Shown piece by piece: positions 22,646 to 33,575 of a stretch of DNA of 64,000 nucleotides (positions within the stretch are counted from its first letter, which is position 1; each line of letters starts with the position of its first letter). The notes under the pieces are model-generated. The model did no database searches. It saw nothing but the letters and a program-made list of their open reading frames with translations, and had not been told where the DNA came from. This DNA is from an uncultured Chloroflexia bacterium (lineage in GTDB: Bacteria > Chloroflexota > Anaerolineae > B4-G1 > SLSP01). Location: contig CAVVUS010000013.1 of NCBI GenBank assembly GCA_963751345.1, forward strand, positions 1 through 64,000, given 5' to 3'. The translations under genes were made by a program, and so were the position numbers.

Positions 22646-24719
22646 AGGCCCCGGAAGCGCCCCTCTCCCCGCGTCGCAAGCGCCTTGCGCTGCTCGCCAT
22701 CGTCCTGCTGGCCGCCTTCCTGCGTCTCTATCGCATCGGGAGCCTGCCGCCGGGTGACGGCTACGACCCGGCGTGGTACGGTGTCGATGCGCTCCAGATC
22801 CTCCGCGGCCACCTGCCCGTCTACCTGCCCACCAACATCGGGCGCGAGGCGATGTTCAGCTACCTGGTGGCGCTCTGCGTGGCCGTCTTCGGCATCGGCC
22901 CGGCTGCCATCCACATCGCCTCCGCCCTCGTCGGGGTGGCGACGGTGCCCGCGACCTACCTCGCCGCCGACGCCCTCTTCGCCCGCGAAAAGTGGCCTGC
23001 TCCGCGACTATGGGGGATTGGTCGCAGCGCTGATGCTGGCGGTGTCGTTCTGGCACCAGAACTGGAGCCGCTACGGCGTGCGGGCGATCCTCGTGCCCCT
23101 GTTCGTGGCCCTGACCCTATGGGCTCTGGTACGCGCCGTCCGGACGCAGCGATGGCGTGGCTTCGTGCTCACCGGGATCCTGCTGGGGCTCAGCTTCTAT
23201 ACCTACCAGTCGGCGCGGGTGCTGCCGGCCCTGGTGGTCTGGGCCTTTGTCGTGCTCACTTGGGTCGAGCGCCGGGCGCTGCCGAGGCGCGCCGGCGAGC
23301 TCCGGACACCGCCGTGGCGAGCCAAACCGGTGCGCCGGCTCCTGATCGTCGCCGCCGCATCGCTCGATCGTCGTCGCGCCGATGGGTATCTATCTGGCAA
23401 GGCATGCCGGGATCGGATCGGAGCGCATCGACCAGACCTGGGCCATCGACCCCGAGTTCAGCTTGCGAGACAACGCCCTGCGGGTGCGCAACGAGATCGT
23501 CGACGCGTTCAACGTGATCGTCGTCAAGGGAGATGACGAGCCGATCCACAACCTGCCGGGACGCCCGGCGATGAACGCCTTCCTGGTGGCGCTGCTGTCG
23601 TGGGCCTGGTCGTCGCGCTTGTGCGCCTCCGCCGGCCTCCTTACCTGATCGTGCTGGCCTGGGTCCCCGTGATGAGCGTGACCGCGATCCTGACCCTGGG
23701 CGGGCAGCCGACGAAACGCGCGCTCGGGGCACTGCCCGCAATTGCGATGCTCGTCGCCATCGGCGCGCTCGCCCCGCTGGACCGTCTCCGTCAGGCCGCC
23801 GAGGAATCCCGTAGCAAGCTCTGGCGCGGCGTGGCAGCCACTTGGATGGTCGCGATGGCCATAGGGTTTGGCTACAGCGCCTACGCCACCTACCGCGACT
23901 ACTTCCTGGTCTGGGGCAGCGACCGCAACCTCTTCACCCACTTTGAGGCGGGCCGCGACGCGATCGGGCACTATGCCGGGACGCTGCCGACGGACGAGGT
24001 CGTCTACTCGTCGCCCGAGATGCCGGACCACCCGGCCATCGTCTACAACTCCGGCGCACGACCGGGGATGAAGGGCTACAACGGTCGTCTCTGCATTGTC
24101 TACCCCGAGCAGACGCAGCACCCCACGACCTACATCATCGTCCAGCACGACGAGCAGCAGAGCCTGGATCTGTTGGCGCGCATCTACCCCGAGGGTGAGG
24201 CCATCGGGGCCGGCCCCGACTTCTTCGGTCAGCCCTTTTTCACCGCCTATCGCGTGCCCCAAGGCGCCACAGCCCAGCTGCAGCCCACCCACGCGGTGCG
24301 AGGCCTCGTGGGAGGACACACTGCGGCTGATCGGGTACGATCTCAATGCGGAGTCCGTCCGGCCCGGCGACACGCTGCAGGTCACACTCAGCTACGGCGC
24401 TATCGGCCCGGTCGATCGCAACTGGATCGTCTTCGTTCACCTGATGGGCACGTCGGACAACCCGGCGACCGGTAACGCCCTATGGGCGCAGGCCGACAGC
24501 GAGCCGTGCCAGACCTTCTATCCGACCTCGGTATGGGCGGAGGGCGAGATCGTGCGCGACACGTACGCCCTGGCCATCCCCGCCGATACACCCGCGGGGG
24601 CCTACACACTGGAGATGGGCTTCTACACCTGGCCCGACATGGCACGCCTCACGACCGCGAGCGGCCCCGATGGCACGCCGCAGATTGCGTTCACGTTCGG
24701 AGAGGTGGAGGTACGTTGA
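22642..24719 (+). CDS. ArnT/PMT (GT39-like) membrane glycosyltransferase with C-terminal extracellular domain, multiple frameshifts
   Basis: LAAFLRLYRI..LPPG, multi-TM core (LGLSFYTY), C-terminal LIGYDL..VFVHL..WAQAD..PTSVW..GEIVRD domain. Confidence 0.82.
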
Positions 24720-24724
24720 GCAGT

Positions 24725-25790
24725 CTACGTGTAGCTTCCGTACTTCCTGACCATCTCCATTGCGAACGCATAGTTGTCGAACGAGACGTCGCTGGGCACG
24801 GAGTGATCGCTGTGGTAGATGTAGCCGCCGCCCACCATGCCGGCGGTGACCTTGGTGCGGATCTCCTCCTCGATCTCGGCACGGCTGACCCGCCAGCTTG
24901 CGGACATCGACGTTGCCGATGAGAACGAGGGCGTCGCCGTAGCGCTCCCTGAGTGCGCGTACGTCCATCCCCGCCTTGGCCTCCAGCGGGTGCAGGCCGG
25001 CGAACCCCGCGTCGAGGAAACCGGGAATCAGCGGCAGCAGATTGCCGTCCGAGTGTAGCAGCGTCTTGAGCCCATCCTCCGCGAAGCGGTCGCAGAGCCG
25101 CTTGTGGTGCGGCATCACCAGCGAGCGGTAGAGCGCAGGCGAGATCAGTGGCGCGGTTGCGTAGCCCAGGTCATCGGCCAGGAAAGCGCCGTCGAAGGTC
25201 ATTCCCCGGCCGAGCATACCCTCGTAGACATCGATGACGAGCTGCACCTGATCTGCGTAGAGCGTATCGATAAAGTCAGGGTCATCGAGCATCAGCATCA
25301 GCATCTGCTCCATCCCAATGCGCATCCACGTGGGGTGGAAGCAGGCGTGCGCCGCGTAGCAGACAAAGCGGTCCTCGGCACGCGCCCGGCGGTAGGCCGC
25401 CACCAGACCATTGGAAATCCGTGAGGCGTCGAAGGCCATTCGGTGTCGGTGTAGACGCCAGTCATCGGGCGTCTTGATCGTGAAATCGAGCCATTGCGAC
25501 GTCCACCCCTCGGCCACGTGCAGGTCCCGTCGCAGGGCGCCATCGCTGTCCCAGTAGCGGCGCATCGTCGGGCTCTCCTCCAGCACACGCTCGGGGAACT
25601 GCATCGTGAGATCGCCCTCCAGGCGCACGATCTCGTCGGTGCCGAAGTAGGCGTTTGGCGAGACACCGGCCGGGAGCCCCTCCCCGCGCCAGCGGTCGAT
25701 CGTCGTCTCCCAATAGCCGTCGAACATCGGAACGCGGTCCGGCTGCTGCCCGGACAGCACCCGCGCCACCCGCTCGCGTGATGTCATCAT
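24725..25790 (-). CDS. Uroporphyrinogen decarboxylase family protein (frameshift near 24890)
   Basis: MTSRERV..PDRVP, ADDLG, LHSDGN, LHPLE, GGGYIYHSDHSVP. Confidence 0.88.
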
Positions 25791-26866
25791 GGGTTACCAC
25801 CAAAGACTCTTGCGATTGCCGTCACGTCCTCGACGGCGGCCTCCACGGCGCCGGGAGCGTAGATCTGGATCCATGGCCAGCTTTGGCCCAGGCTCCGGCG
25901 CTCGCCGCGCATCGAGAGCCCGGCGATCTCGCGGTGCGCCACAATGATCTCCTGAGGCGTGACGACGCCGTCCAGGGCACCTGGCCTGGCGTCAGGATCC
26001 GCGGTATGCGAAGAGGTAAGCACAATCAGGGGCAGCCCGCCCAGCGGCGCATCGCCGTGGAATGCGGTGTCGACCTGATCCAGGCTCACCCCCAGGTGCT
26101 TGACTTCATCGATCGCCGTATCGTAGTATGCGCGATCCAGCACCAGCGCGAGGTAGGCGCTCCTCACATCCTGTGGCAGCATAGCCACCCACGCCGGCGT
26201 TGTCATGCGCCGTGCAAAGGGGCGCACAATCCCGAGTAGCCCGGACGAGGTGAGGAACCGCATCTGCTCGTACCCATCCAGCCTGCGGCGCCACATGCCG
26301 CTATACGTCGGGGAGAGGAAGACCTCGGTCCAGGGGTCGACCAGCACCAGCCCGGCGAGTTCGTCAGGATACTTCGCCGCATAGAGCTGGGCGTGAACAC
26401 CCCCCAGCCCGTGGCCGACCAACACGTAAGGCCCGGCTTCGCCCGAGGCCTGGAGCAGGGCGTGCAGTTCGGTCGCGATCTCGTCGGCAGTGCGTGCGGC
26501 GGCCACCGGCTCGCTCCAGCCGTAGCCTGCCCGGTCGTAGAGACAGACGCGGAGCGTACCTTCCAGATCACGCTGAATGCCGACCCAGTCAAGCGAGAAG
26601 TTTGCCGCGTCCGCATCGATCACGACGGTGGGACCGCCATCCTCGGATTCGCCCTGGCAGTCAATGTGCATCTGATGTCCGCTAACGTCGACGAGTCGAC
26701 CGGGCGCCGGATACGTGGTACGCGTCTTGAGGACGGACAGGCGCTGACTCGCTACCAGCAGGATCGGGATGATGACGCCGATGACGACGCCCACGCCCAC
26801 GATCCACGCGATGAGTTTGGGCAGCGGCTGGGAACGTGCCCACTCGAATGGTGTACGTCTGGCCAT
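25787..26866 (-). CDS. Membrane-anchored alpha/beta hydrolase-fold protein
   Basis: PGRLVDV, YDRAGYGWS, VLVGHGLGG (the usual nucleophile Ser is Gly), GLVLVD. Confidence 0.82.
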   Translation of the reverse strand: MARRTPFEWARSQPLPKLIAWIVGVGVVIGVIIPILLVASQRLSVLKTRTTYPAPGRLVDVSGHQMHIDCQGESEDGGPTVVIDADAANFSLDWVGIQRDLEGTLRVCLYDRAGYGWSEPVAAARTADEIATELHALLQASGEAGPYVLVGHGLGGVHAQLYAAKYPDELAGLVLVDPWTEVFLSPTYSGMWRRRLDGYEQMRFLTSSGLLGIVRPFARRMTTPAWVAMLPQDVRSAYLALVLDRAYYDTAIDEVKHLGVSLDQVDTAFHGDAPLGGLPLIVLTSSHTADPDARPGALDGVVTPQEIIVAHREIAGLSMRGERRSLGQSWPWIQIYAPGAVEAAVEDVTAIARVFGGNP

Positions 26867-27063
26867 AGGAGACTCCCTTCCTGGCGGTTCATTGCATGAT
26901 AGGAAGGCGCGTCGGCATGTCAAATTGTGGTACCGGTGAGCAGTCATGAGCCGGTGGCTCCACTCCCGGAGCGACCTATGTCGCTACTACCCACGCCGAC
27001 GTGCACCGAATGCACATCAGGTGTATAACAATCTGGCAGCTACACGGAGGGACACACATACAA

Positions 27064-28125
27064 ATGACAGATACTCAGCGTGAGAGAGAGGCGCTGATGC
27101 GCCGCATGATGGGCGTATCCGGCGTCGACGCGGTCCCGCGCCTCTGGTGCCCGCCGATCACCCACTACACCGCCCAGGGCGCAGTCGACGTACCCCGCAT
27201 GGCCGCGCATTGGCGCACAATGACGCCTTACGTCGGTGGGTTTCTGGTCCCCGGCTCCACCGGCGAAGCGTGGGAGATGGCACCCGAAGAGGTCTCAGAG
27301 CTACTCGACATCGCGATGGAGCTCGCAGTTGAGCTCGACACCCGGCTCTTGGTCGGCGTGCTGCAGACCGACGTCGACGCCATGCACGCCGTCATCGACG
27401 AGACATTACACGCCCTTACGGCCACCTCGGGCGAGACAGACCCACTGGCGGCGATGACTGCGCGCCGTGTGGCCGGCTTCACCGTGTGCCCACCGAGCGG
27501 GGCGGATCTGGATCAGGCCGAGATCAGGTCCGCGCTGGAAAGCATCTTGGATCTTGGCCTTCCGGTAGCCCTCTACCAGCTTCCGCAGATCACGCAGAAC
27601 GAGGTCGCCCCGGAGACGTTTGCCCAGCTTGCATCTCGCTACCCGAACCTCCTGCTCTTCAAGGACACGAGCGGGCACGACCGCGTGGCGATGGCGGATC
27701 GGGGCACCAGCGGCGTCTTCCTGGTTCGCGGCGCCGAGGGCGACTATGCCCAGTGGCTCGAGGAGACGGGAGGATGTTACCGGGGGCTGCTGCTGAGCAC
27801 GGCAAACGGTTTCGCGCGCGAACTCCACCACGTGATCGCGCTGCTGGAGACCGGCGACCTGACCGCCGCAGGGGCACTGTCACAACGGATCGCGCAGGCC
27901 GTCAACGCGGCCTTCGAGGCCGTGGCAAGCGTCCCGGAAGCGAATGCTTTTGCGAACGCCAACAAGGCAATCGACCACTTCCGGGCCTATGGTCGTGCAG
28001 CGATCGAGGTACAGCCGCCGGTGCTTCACGCTGGCGTGCGGCTGCCCGCTCACGTCATCCGCGAGGTCGGCACCATCTTGGAAGATCACGGCCTGATGCC
28101 CGCTGAAGGCTATCTCGCGTTATAG
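27064..28125 (+). CDS. Dihydrodipicolinate synthase family (class I aldolase) protein
   Basis: LVPGSTGE, ALYQLP, FKDTSG Schiff-base Lys. Confidence 0.85.
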   Translation: MTDTQREREALMRRMMGVSGVDAVPRLWCPPITHYTAQGAVDVPRMAAHWRTMTPYVGGFLVPGSTGEAWEMAPEEVSELLDIAMELAVELDTRLLVGVLQTDVDAMHAVIDETLHALTATSGETDPLAAMTARRVAGFTVCPPSGADLDQAEIRSALESILDLGLPVALYQLPQITQNEVAPETFAQLASRYPNLLLFKDTSGHDRVAMADRGTSGVFLVRGAEGDYAQWLEETGGCYRGLLLSTANGFARELHHVIALLETGDLTAAGALSQRIAQAVNAAFEAVASVPEANAFANANKAIDHFRAYGRAAIEVQPPVLHAGVRLPAHVIREVGTILEDHGLMPAEGYLAL

Positions 28126-28279
28126 AAGACGTGGGTGCCGGGGAACTGCGGCGAGCTCCCCGGCACCCCGAAACGACCTCCGCGGCGTCCCGCCTAACGC
28201 CGCAGGGCCAGCGGAAGGTAGACCTGGTGAAGGGATGGAAGCTGAACCACGACCAGCGGTGTCGCCCCTCCGTCGTACT

Positions 28280-28495
28280 TCACCATCCCATGGGTCGGTC
28301 ACTCCGGTGGCGTCCCACGTGGGTGAGAAGGTCGCCACTGCCCCCGGTTGGACGTCGATCAGCGCCCCGGTCAGCACGGCGGTCGCATCTGCAGCGGAGA
28401 ACGAAGCTGGTGTAGTGGAGCCGTGCGGTATCCGCTTCGGCATCGGGGACGGCGTGGGATGCATCACTGTTGGCCGGCTTGGTCTGCGGTTCCAT
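28280..28495 (-). CDS. Small hypothetical protein downstream of the BTAD regulator (probably frameshifted; end uncertain)
   Basis: MEPQ...YTSFVLRC then GALIDVQPG in an adjacent frame. Confidence 0.35.
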   Translation of the reverse strand: MEPQTKPANSDASHAVPDAEADTARLHYTSFVLRCRCDRRADRGADRRPTGGSGDLLTHVGRHRSDRPMGW

Positions 28496-28587
28496 ACGAC
28501 CAGCATAAGCCGGCACTCTCTCACCACTCTCTCGGAGATGGCGCGGAGGCGCGTGCCAGGGGTGACAACGGAGAGATAGGGTTCCGC

Positions 28588-31064
28588 TCAGCCGCGCAGA
28601 ACTGCCAAGTCGCGCTGGATCGTGCGCGGGCTGACATCGAGAGCGCTTGCCAGATCTGCGACGGTGGGCACACCACCCTGAGCGCGGGACTCGGTCAGCA
28701 AGCGGGCGAGCCTGGCACGGCGAAGGGCAACACCACCCCCCGCCCGTTTGAGCGCCACGTCGGTAGGACCGGCGTCCACGGTCCACGCCACGGACAACTC
28801 GCCCCCGCCACGCTCGCCGCGGAGCCGCACGGTCTGCACGCCCGCGCCGGAGGGAGGTGCAATGCCGCACTTCCGGAGATGGTGCATCAGTCGTCGCGTT
28901 GTGGGATTGCGGTGGAAGTAGGCTTGGCGCGCCGCATCGTCCACGAAGGCCGCCGCGCCACCCACCAGCAGGCTATAGGCTTGCTCGAAGTAACGCTGAG
29001 CTTCCCCCTCCCGCCCCTTGGCCGCCAGCGCCATGGCGTGCGCGTAGAGGATGTCGGGCACCACCTCATCACTGACCTCGCCCTGGTCCAGCGAGGACAT
29101 CGCCAGCCGGGTGAGGCGCAACGCCTCATCTGCCCGATCAAGGCCCAAGTGGGCCAGTCCCTGGTATGCCAATAGTTCGGGCAGGTAGCCCAGTTCGCCC
29201 AGGCGATCCCGGGCCATGTGCGCCTCCTGCAGGTGCGTCACCGCATCGCTGTACCGACCGTCCACCCACGAGATGTAGCCCAAGATCGTCTGCGCCGCCG
29301 CCGCCCAGTGAGCCTGCTCGTGGGCACGGAAGATGTCCAGCGCCTCCCGTCCGCTCTCCAGAGCGTCACCGGCCAATGCGTCGTCATGGTAGATCCGGCT
29401 GGCAGCCAGATTATAGAGGCTGATACCCAGGCGGACGGGCTCGCCGAGCCCTCGGCTGATCTCAATGGCCCGCTGCATAGTGGCCAGGCTGTCTGCCGAA
29501 CGCCCCAGGTGGTTCTCGACCAGCGCCAGCCCTTCCAGCGCCGCAGCCTCCTGACGCGGCAGGCCCAGGTCGCGCCAGAGACTCAGCTCCTGTTGGGCCG
29601 CCGCCAGCGCCTCGGCCAACGCGTTGGTATGAGAGAGCACGATCCGCAGCCCACGAAGGGCCGCCGCGGTCTCGCGGCGCAGCCCGTGCTCAAGAGCGAT
29701 CGCGTACGCCTCGCGGAGGCACGCGTGGGCGCCACCGTACCGTCCCTGGTCAATCCGCCGCTGACCGTCCAGTAGGAGTGCCTGGGCCATCCAATGATGG
29801 AACCCGCCTGAGCGAGCAAGTACGAGCGCTCGCTCGATGCTCCGCGCCGCGTGTCCCCCCTTGCCCAACTGCTGTTGCGCGCGGGCCAGGATCAGAAGGG
29901 CTTCCACCTCGATCTCGACGCCCTGGCCATCGGGCCCGTGGGTTCCGGCCTCCCGAGCCATCGCCAATGCCTCAGCGGCCAGGGCACGGGCTGCAGCGGC
30001 ATCGTAGCGACCCAGCGCCAACTGCGCCTCGCGTAGCCGTCTGTCCATTGTAGCGGCACACAAGTCCGCGCCCCGGAGGAGCGCGTCCGCGCGCGCGAAG
30101 TCCTCGTAGAAGAGCGCCAGGTCGATGGCCAACAGCCGCACCTCATCCCGGTCGGAGTCGGGACGCGAGCACAGGACCGCCAGGAAATCCTTAACGCTCG
30201 ACGCGTCGCCCCGCGCCAGCGCGGCTCTCGCCTCTCGCAGCAACTCGGCCGGCCCCTTATCTCCATCGGGAGGGTAGCCGTCGCCGTGACTCTGCTCACC
30301 GTCAGGAGGGCAATCCTGGTCAGGCTGCAGACGACCTGAGAGCGCACCGGGCAGAGCCCGGATCGCCTGCGCCAGCGCGCGCGTCGCCGGTTCGGGTTCG
30401 ACCCCAATCTCGTCGAGCAGGAGAGCCACACAGCGCTCATAGGCAGCCAGCGCGGCCCCTCGGCGCCCCAGCGTCTGGTAGCCGCGCATGAGCGTGCGCA
30501 GCGCGCGCTCGTCGAGCGGCTCGCGCTGCACCAGCCGTTCTGCGATCGGCAGCAACGTCTCGACGCGGCCCTGTTGCCGAGCATGTCGCACGCTCTGTGC
30601 GACAAGTCGACGTAACAGAGATAGACCGCCTCTCGCTCTTCCAGCAGCCAGTCGTCGTAGATGCCCTCCAGAAGATCACCACGATAGAGCGCCAAAGCCT
30701 GCAGCCAACCATCCAGCATCTCACCGGCGGCTGCTTCGCGAAGGACGCGCAGATCGAGCCAGATAGCGTCCGGGGGCAAGTGTACCGTGTTAGGGGTGGT
30801 TTCCAGGGGAAGCGCCGGCAGCCACTGCCGCGCCTGCCAGAGAGTGTGGCTGAGCCGCTGCCGAGCACGCCGTTCGGGCACCTCGGGGAAGAGCACGCCC
30901 GCCAGGCGTACACGCCGCCAGGGGGAGGGACGCAGGAGGAGCGCTCCGAGCAGCCCCTGCACGCCGGTGGGCGGCGTTGCCAACCCCTCGCCATCGACCG
31001 TGGCTGCGAATGCGCCCAGAAGGTAAACGTGAAGCCGTGCGACGCTGGTACGATGCTCTATCAT
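28588..31064 (-). CDS. SARP/BTAD transcriptional regulator with TPR array and C-terminal DUF1670-like HTH (frameshift near 30590)
   Basis: LHVYLLGAF, ALYRGDLLEG.YDDW, EPLDERA..LM, GVEPEPAT; TPRs; QGGVPTVADLASALDVSPRTIQRDL. Confidence 0.87.
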
Positions 31065-31265
31065 CGTGCCCCGTTCTTCGTACTTCAGTGAGACAGAAGA
31101 AAGGCCCGCTACACCGCCACAGCGCATCCATACATAAGATCGCTGCGACATCGCCGCACATACTATAGAAGAGATGCACGCGGCGTCAAACGCAGGGTGT
31201 ACGCATCTGGGTCAGAAATGAGTCGGTGAATAACGCTGATGACGCTTCGTGCTTGTGTCTGCGTT

Positions 31266-31360
31266 GTAGAGACGCCCCGATGGGGCGTCTTCCGGCGACG
31301 TGACAAGGTGCTGAAGCCGTGGCGCGCCTCGCCGGAGACGTGGCGGCGCCACGTCTCTAC
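31266..31360. repeat. Inverted REP doublet (type A on +, type B on -)
   Basis: GTAGAGACGCCCCgatGGGGCGTCTTCCGG (31266-31295) and CCGGAGACGTGGCggcGCCACGTCTCTAC (31332-31360). Confidence 0.85.
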
Positions 31361-31458
31361 GAGATGCGTACGCCCTGTCGTCAGGCGCCGGCTGAGGCTG
31401 CATGTCAGAGAGCCGGTGCGGGCGCACCGGCTCCTATCCACACCAACGGGCGGTCGAC

Positions 31459-31839
31459 CTAGCCCTCCTGGGTCTCGGCACCCTCCTTCGAAGGCCCGAC
31501 GAGCTCAGCGACCCGTGCCTGGATGGCATCCAATTGGATGCGCAGCCAGCCGGCCTCCGACTCGAGATCCATCACTTCCTGCTTCGCCGCGATCTCAGGG
31601 GGTATCGGCCCCCAGTCAGGCGGTGCAAACCGCCCCCACCCGGGGCCGGCTCCCCATCGCGACCAGTGACGATGCTGCCGTCCAGCGTGACGATGCCGAC
31701 CATGGCCACGGCCCCACCGCACTCCCATCCCGGGCCCTCCTGCCCCATATCCGGGCGCCTCACTGCCCGCGCAGTATCCCATCCCGCGACCCGTGCGCGG
31801 GCCCTCACCTTCCGGTCCTGTTCTATCGCCTCTTGGCAT
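31459..31839 (-). CDS. DUF5320 family protein
   Basis: MPRGDRTGPEGEGPRTGRGMGYC, Gly/Arg-rich middle, C-terminal coiled coil. Confidence 0.85.
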   Translation of the reverse strand: MPRGDRTGPEGEGPRTGRGMGYCAGSEAPGYGAGGPGMGVRWGRGHGRHRHAGRQHRHWSRWGAGPGWGRFAPPDWGPIPPEIAAKQEVMDLESEAGWLRIQLDAIQARVAELVGPSKEGAETQEG

Positions 31840-31876
31840 TTCTATCCTCCTGCACTTTCTGAGTGTTGATTACCTA

Positions 31877-32095
31877 CTACCACCGGCCGCGACCGCGACC
31901 GGCACGTCGTCCGCGTCTGGCTGACCACGGCATCCATCCCGCAAACCGACCGAGGAAACCGACGAACGGTCTCTGCCGGCCACCCGCCACAGCGTAGGGG
32001 CGGCCATCCTTGGTCTCAGCGGCCGTGCAGGTTCCACGGCCACGCCCTGTCAAGGGTCCTTCACCTTTCGGCCCTGATCCATCGAATGCTGGCAT
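31877..32095 (-). CDS. Short DUF5320 family protein
   Basis: MPAFDGSGPKGEGPLTGRGRGTC, GRGRGR tail, AAGGAGG RBS. Confidence 0.8.
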   Translation of the reverse strand: MPAFDGSGPKGEGPLTGRGRGTCTAAETKDGRPYAVAGGRQRPFVGFLGRFAGWMPWSARRGRRAGRGRGRW

Positions 32096-32139
32096 CTGCT
32101 CACCTCCTTGGTGCATCATCTGATCCGCAAGACTACGAC

Positions 32140-32532
32140 CTAGCCCTTGCGCCGTTCGTACGCCTCCAGCAGCCGGTCGATGGCGGCCTTGCTCTCGTGC
32201 AACTGAGTCATCCAGTCCGCCAAGACCTGCTCACCATCCGGTGCGATAGCGTAGACTCTGCGGGGCGGGCCCTGCGTCTCGCCCGACTCCCAGTCGGACG
32301 TCACCCACCCCATCTCCTCCATCCGCTGCAGCATCCTGTAGACCCGGCGCAGCGAGACCGTCTCCAGGCCGAAATCGTCCAACTGCTCCACCAGGGCGTA
32401 GCCGTGCGTGGGGCCTGCCAGCAGTACACAGAGCAGCGCCGGCTCCAGCATATGGCCCGCACGCCCATATCCGGGCCGCGGCCCGGGGCCCCTTCCGTGT
32501 CCATGCCCATGTCGTCCGTGACCCATCATCAT
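32140..32532 (-). CDS. PadR family transcriptional regulator
   Basis: HGYAL, VYRMLQRME..G.V.S.W, GPPRRVYAI..G; GGAGG RBS. Confidence 0.9.
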   Translation of the reverse strand: MMMGHGRHGHGHGRGPGPRPGYGRAGHMLEPALLCVLLAGPTHGYALVEQLDDFGLETVSLRRVYRMLQRMEEMGWVTSDWESGETQGPPRRVYAIAPDGEQVLADWMTQLHESKAAIDRLLEAYERRKG

Positions 32533-32563
32533 TCTCCGCCTCCTGTATCTCCTCATTGACTAC

Positions 32564-32592
32564 AGTATACAAGACTATAGTCGCTATGTCAA
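32564..32592 (-). promoter_or_regulatory. padR promoter with a palindrome in the spacer
   Basis: Minus strand TTGACA-17 nt-TATACT; GACTATAGTC palindrome at 32573-32582. Confidence 0.7.
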
Positions 32593-32628
32593 TAGTGAGT
32601 TGCCGCCGATTTCCTGCATGGATTGCCC

Positions 32629-32675
32629 TTGACATTCGACGTGGAAGCAGTACAATCATATTCATAAAACTGAAT
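32629..32675 (+). promoter_or_regulatory. Ferredoxin operon promoter and inverted-repeat operator
   Basis: TTGACA-16 nt-TACAAT, then ATTCA-N6-TGAAT at 32660-32675. Confidence 0.65.
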
Positions 32676-32742
32676 CTTATTGAGAGCCCGAGTCACAAGC
32701 TGGAACGGTGAGGGCTCAGCCAATTCGGAGGTCGTCTTTGCG

Positions 32743-32952
32743 ATGGCAAGCAACTGGTATCCTATCATCGACAGTGAGCACTGCGCAAGCTGCGGCACGT
32801 GCGTGGAGTTCTGTTCTCACGGTGTCTTTGCGATGGACGACGGCGGCCGGCCGCAGGTCGTCAATCCGGATCACTGTGTCGAGTTCTGCCTGGGTTGCTC
32901 GAAGATCTGCCCCTCTGAGGCAATCAGCTACTTCGGCGATACGAACGCATAA
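32743..32952 (+). CDS. 2x[4Fe-4S] ferredoxin
   Basis: CASCGTCVEFC and CVEFCLGCSKICP; GGAGG RBS. Confidence 0.9.
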   Translation: MASNWYPIIDSEHCASCGTCVEFCSHGVFAMDDGGRPQVVNPDHCVEFCLGCSKICPSEAISYFGDTNA

Positions 32953-32980
32953 AGGGCGGTACACCGCCAGGAGGTCTATC

Positions 32981-33355
32981 ATGGGTAAGAAGGGTCTGTT
33001 GTTGTGTGTTTGTCAGGGCACCTGTCCCTCGTTCCACGACATGAACATTTTCGAGGTGGGCAACGCGATTCGCCGCGAGAAGCTGGTGGATTACGCCGCC
33101 GTACATCCGCAACTCTGCGCCAGAGACGGTGACCAATTCCTCAAGTCGCTGCTGAGCAGTGCCGACGACGAGGAGGAGACGGACACGCTCTACGTGGCGG
33201 CGTATGACCCCGACATGCAGGTCAAGATGTATCGGGATGCTTTCGAAGCCGTCGGATTCGAATCGAGCCGGCTGCACGGCGTGGATATTCGCAACAAAAA
33301 CACCGAAGAGGCCGTCCAGGCAATCGAGCGACTGATCGCCCAGGACTCCGCCTAA
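32981..33355 (+). CDS. Small Cys-containing protein resembling the HdrA N-terminal domain
   Basis: LLLCVCQGTC, HPQLC..DG, YVAA, VDIRN; AGGAGG RBS. Confidence 0.65.
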   Translation: MGKKGLLLCVCQGTCPSFHDMNIFEVGNAIRREKLVDYAAVHPQLCARDGDQFLKSLLSSADDEEETDTLYVAAYDPDMQVKMYRDAFEAVGFESSRLHGVDIRNKNTEEAVQAIERLIAQDSA

Positions 33356-33371
33356 GTTAAGGCCGGTGACG

Positions 33372-33405
33372 TGCCACGAGGGCGGCGAGTGCCGCCCTCG
33401 TGGCA
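33372..33405. terminator. 15-bp perfect hairpin
   Basis: TGCCACGAGGGCGGC-gagt-GCCGCCCTCGTGGCA just after the stop codon. Confidence 0.65.
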
Positions 33406-33575
33406 TTCTGGGACCCCACAGCCCGCAAGTGCGACCCCTCTGATCTTGGCGCTTACCTCATTGGGGGTGCCATAACTCCTGAGACGGTGCCGTGTGCATT
33501 GTCGTGGCAGGCATCCTCAACCGTACGTCGACCCAGGAGCTATGGTAACCCACTTGGCCTTCGCAGTCTAGGCAT

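Noticed and set aside
24725-25790. hemE
   Set aside because: Matches the broad UroD/methyltransferase-like family, not the specific HemE signature
27064-28125. dapA
   Set aside because: Divergent and longer than DapA, with no lysine-pathway context; family-level call only
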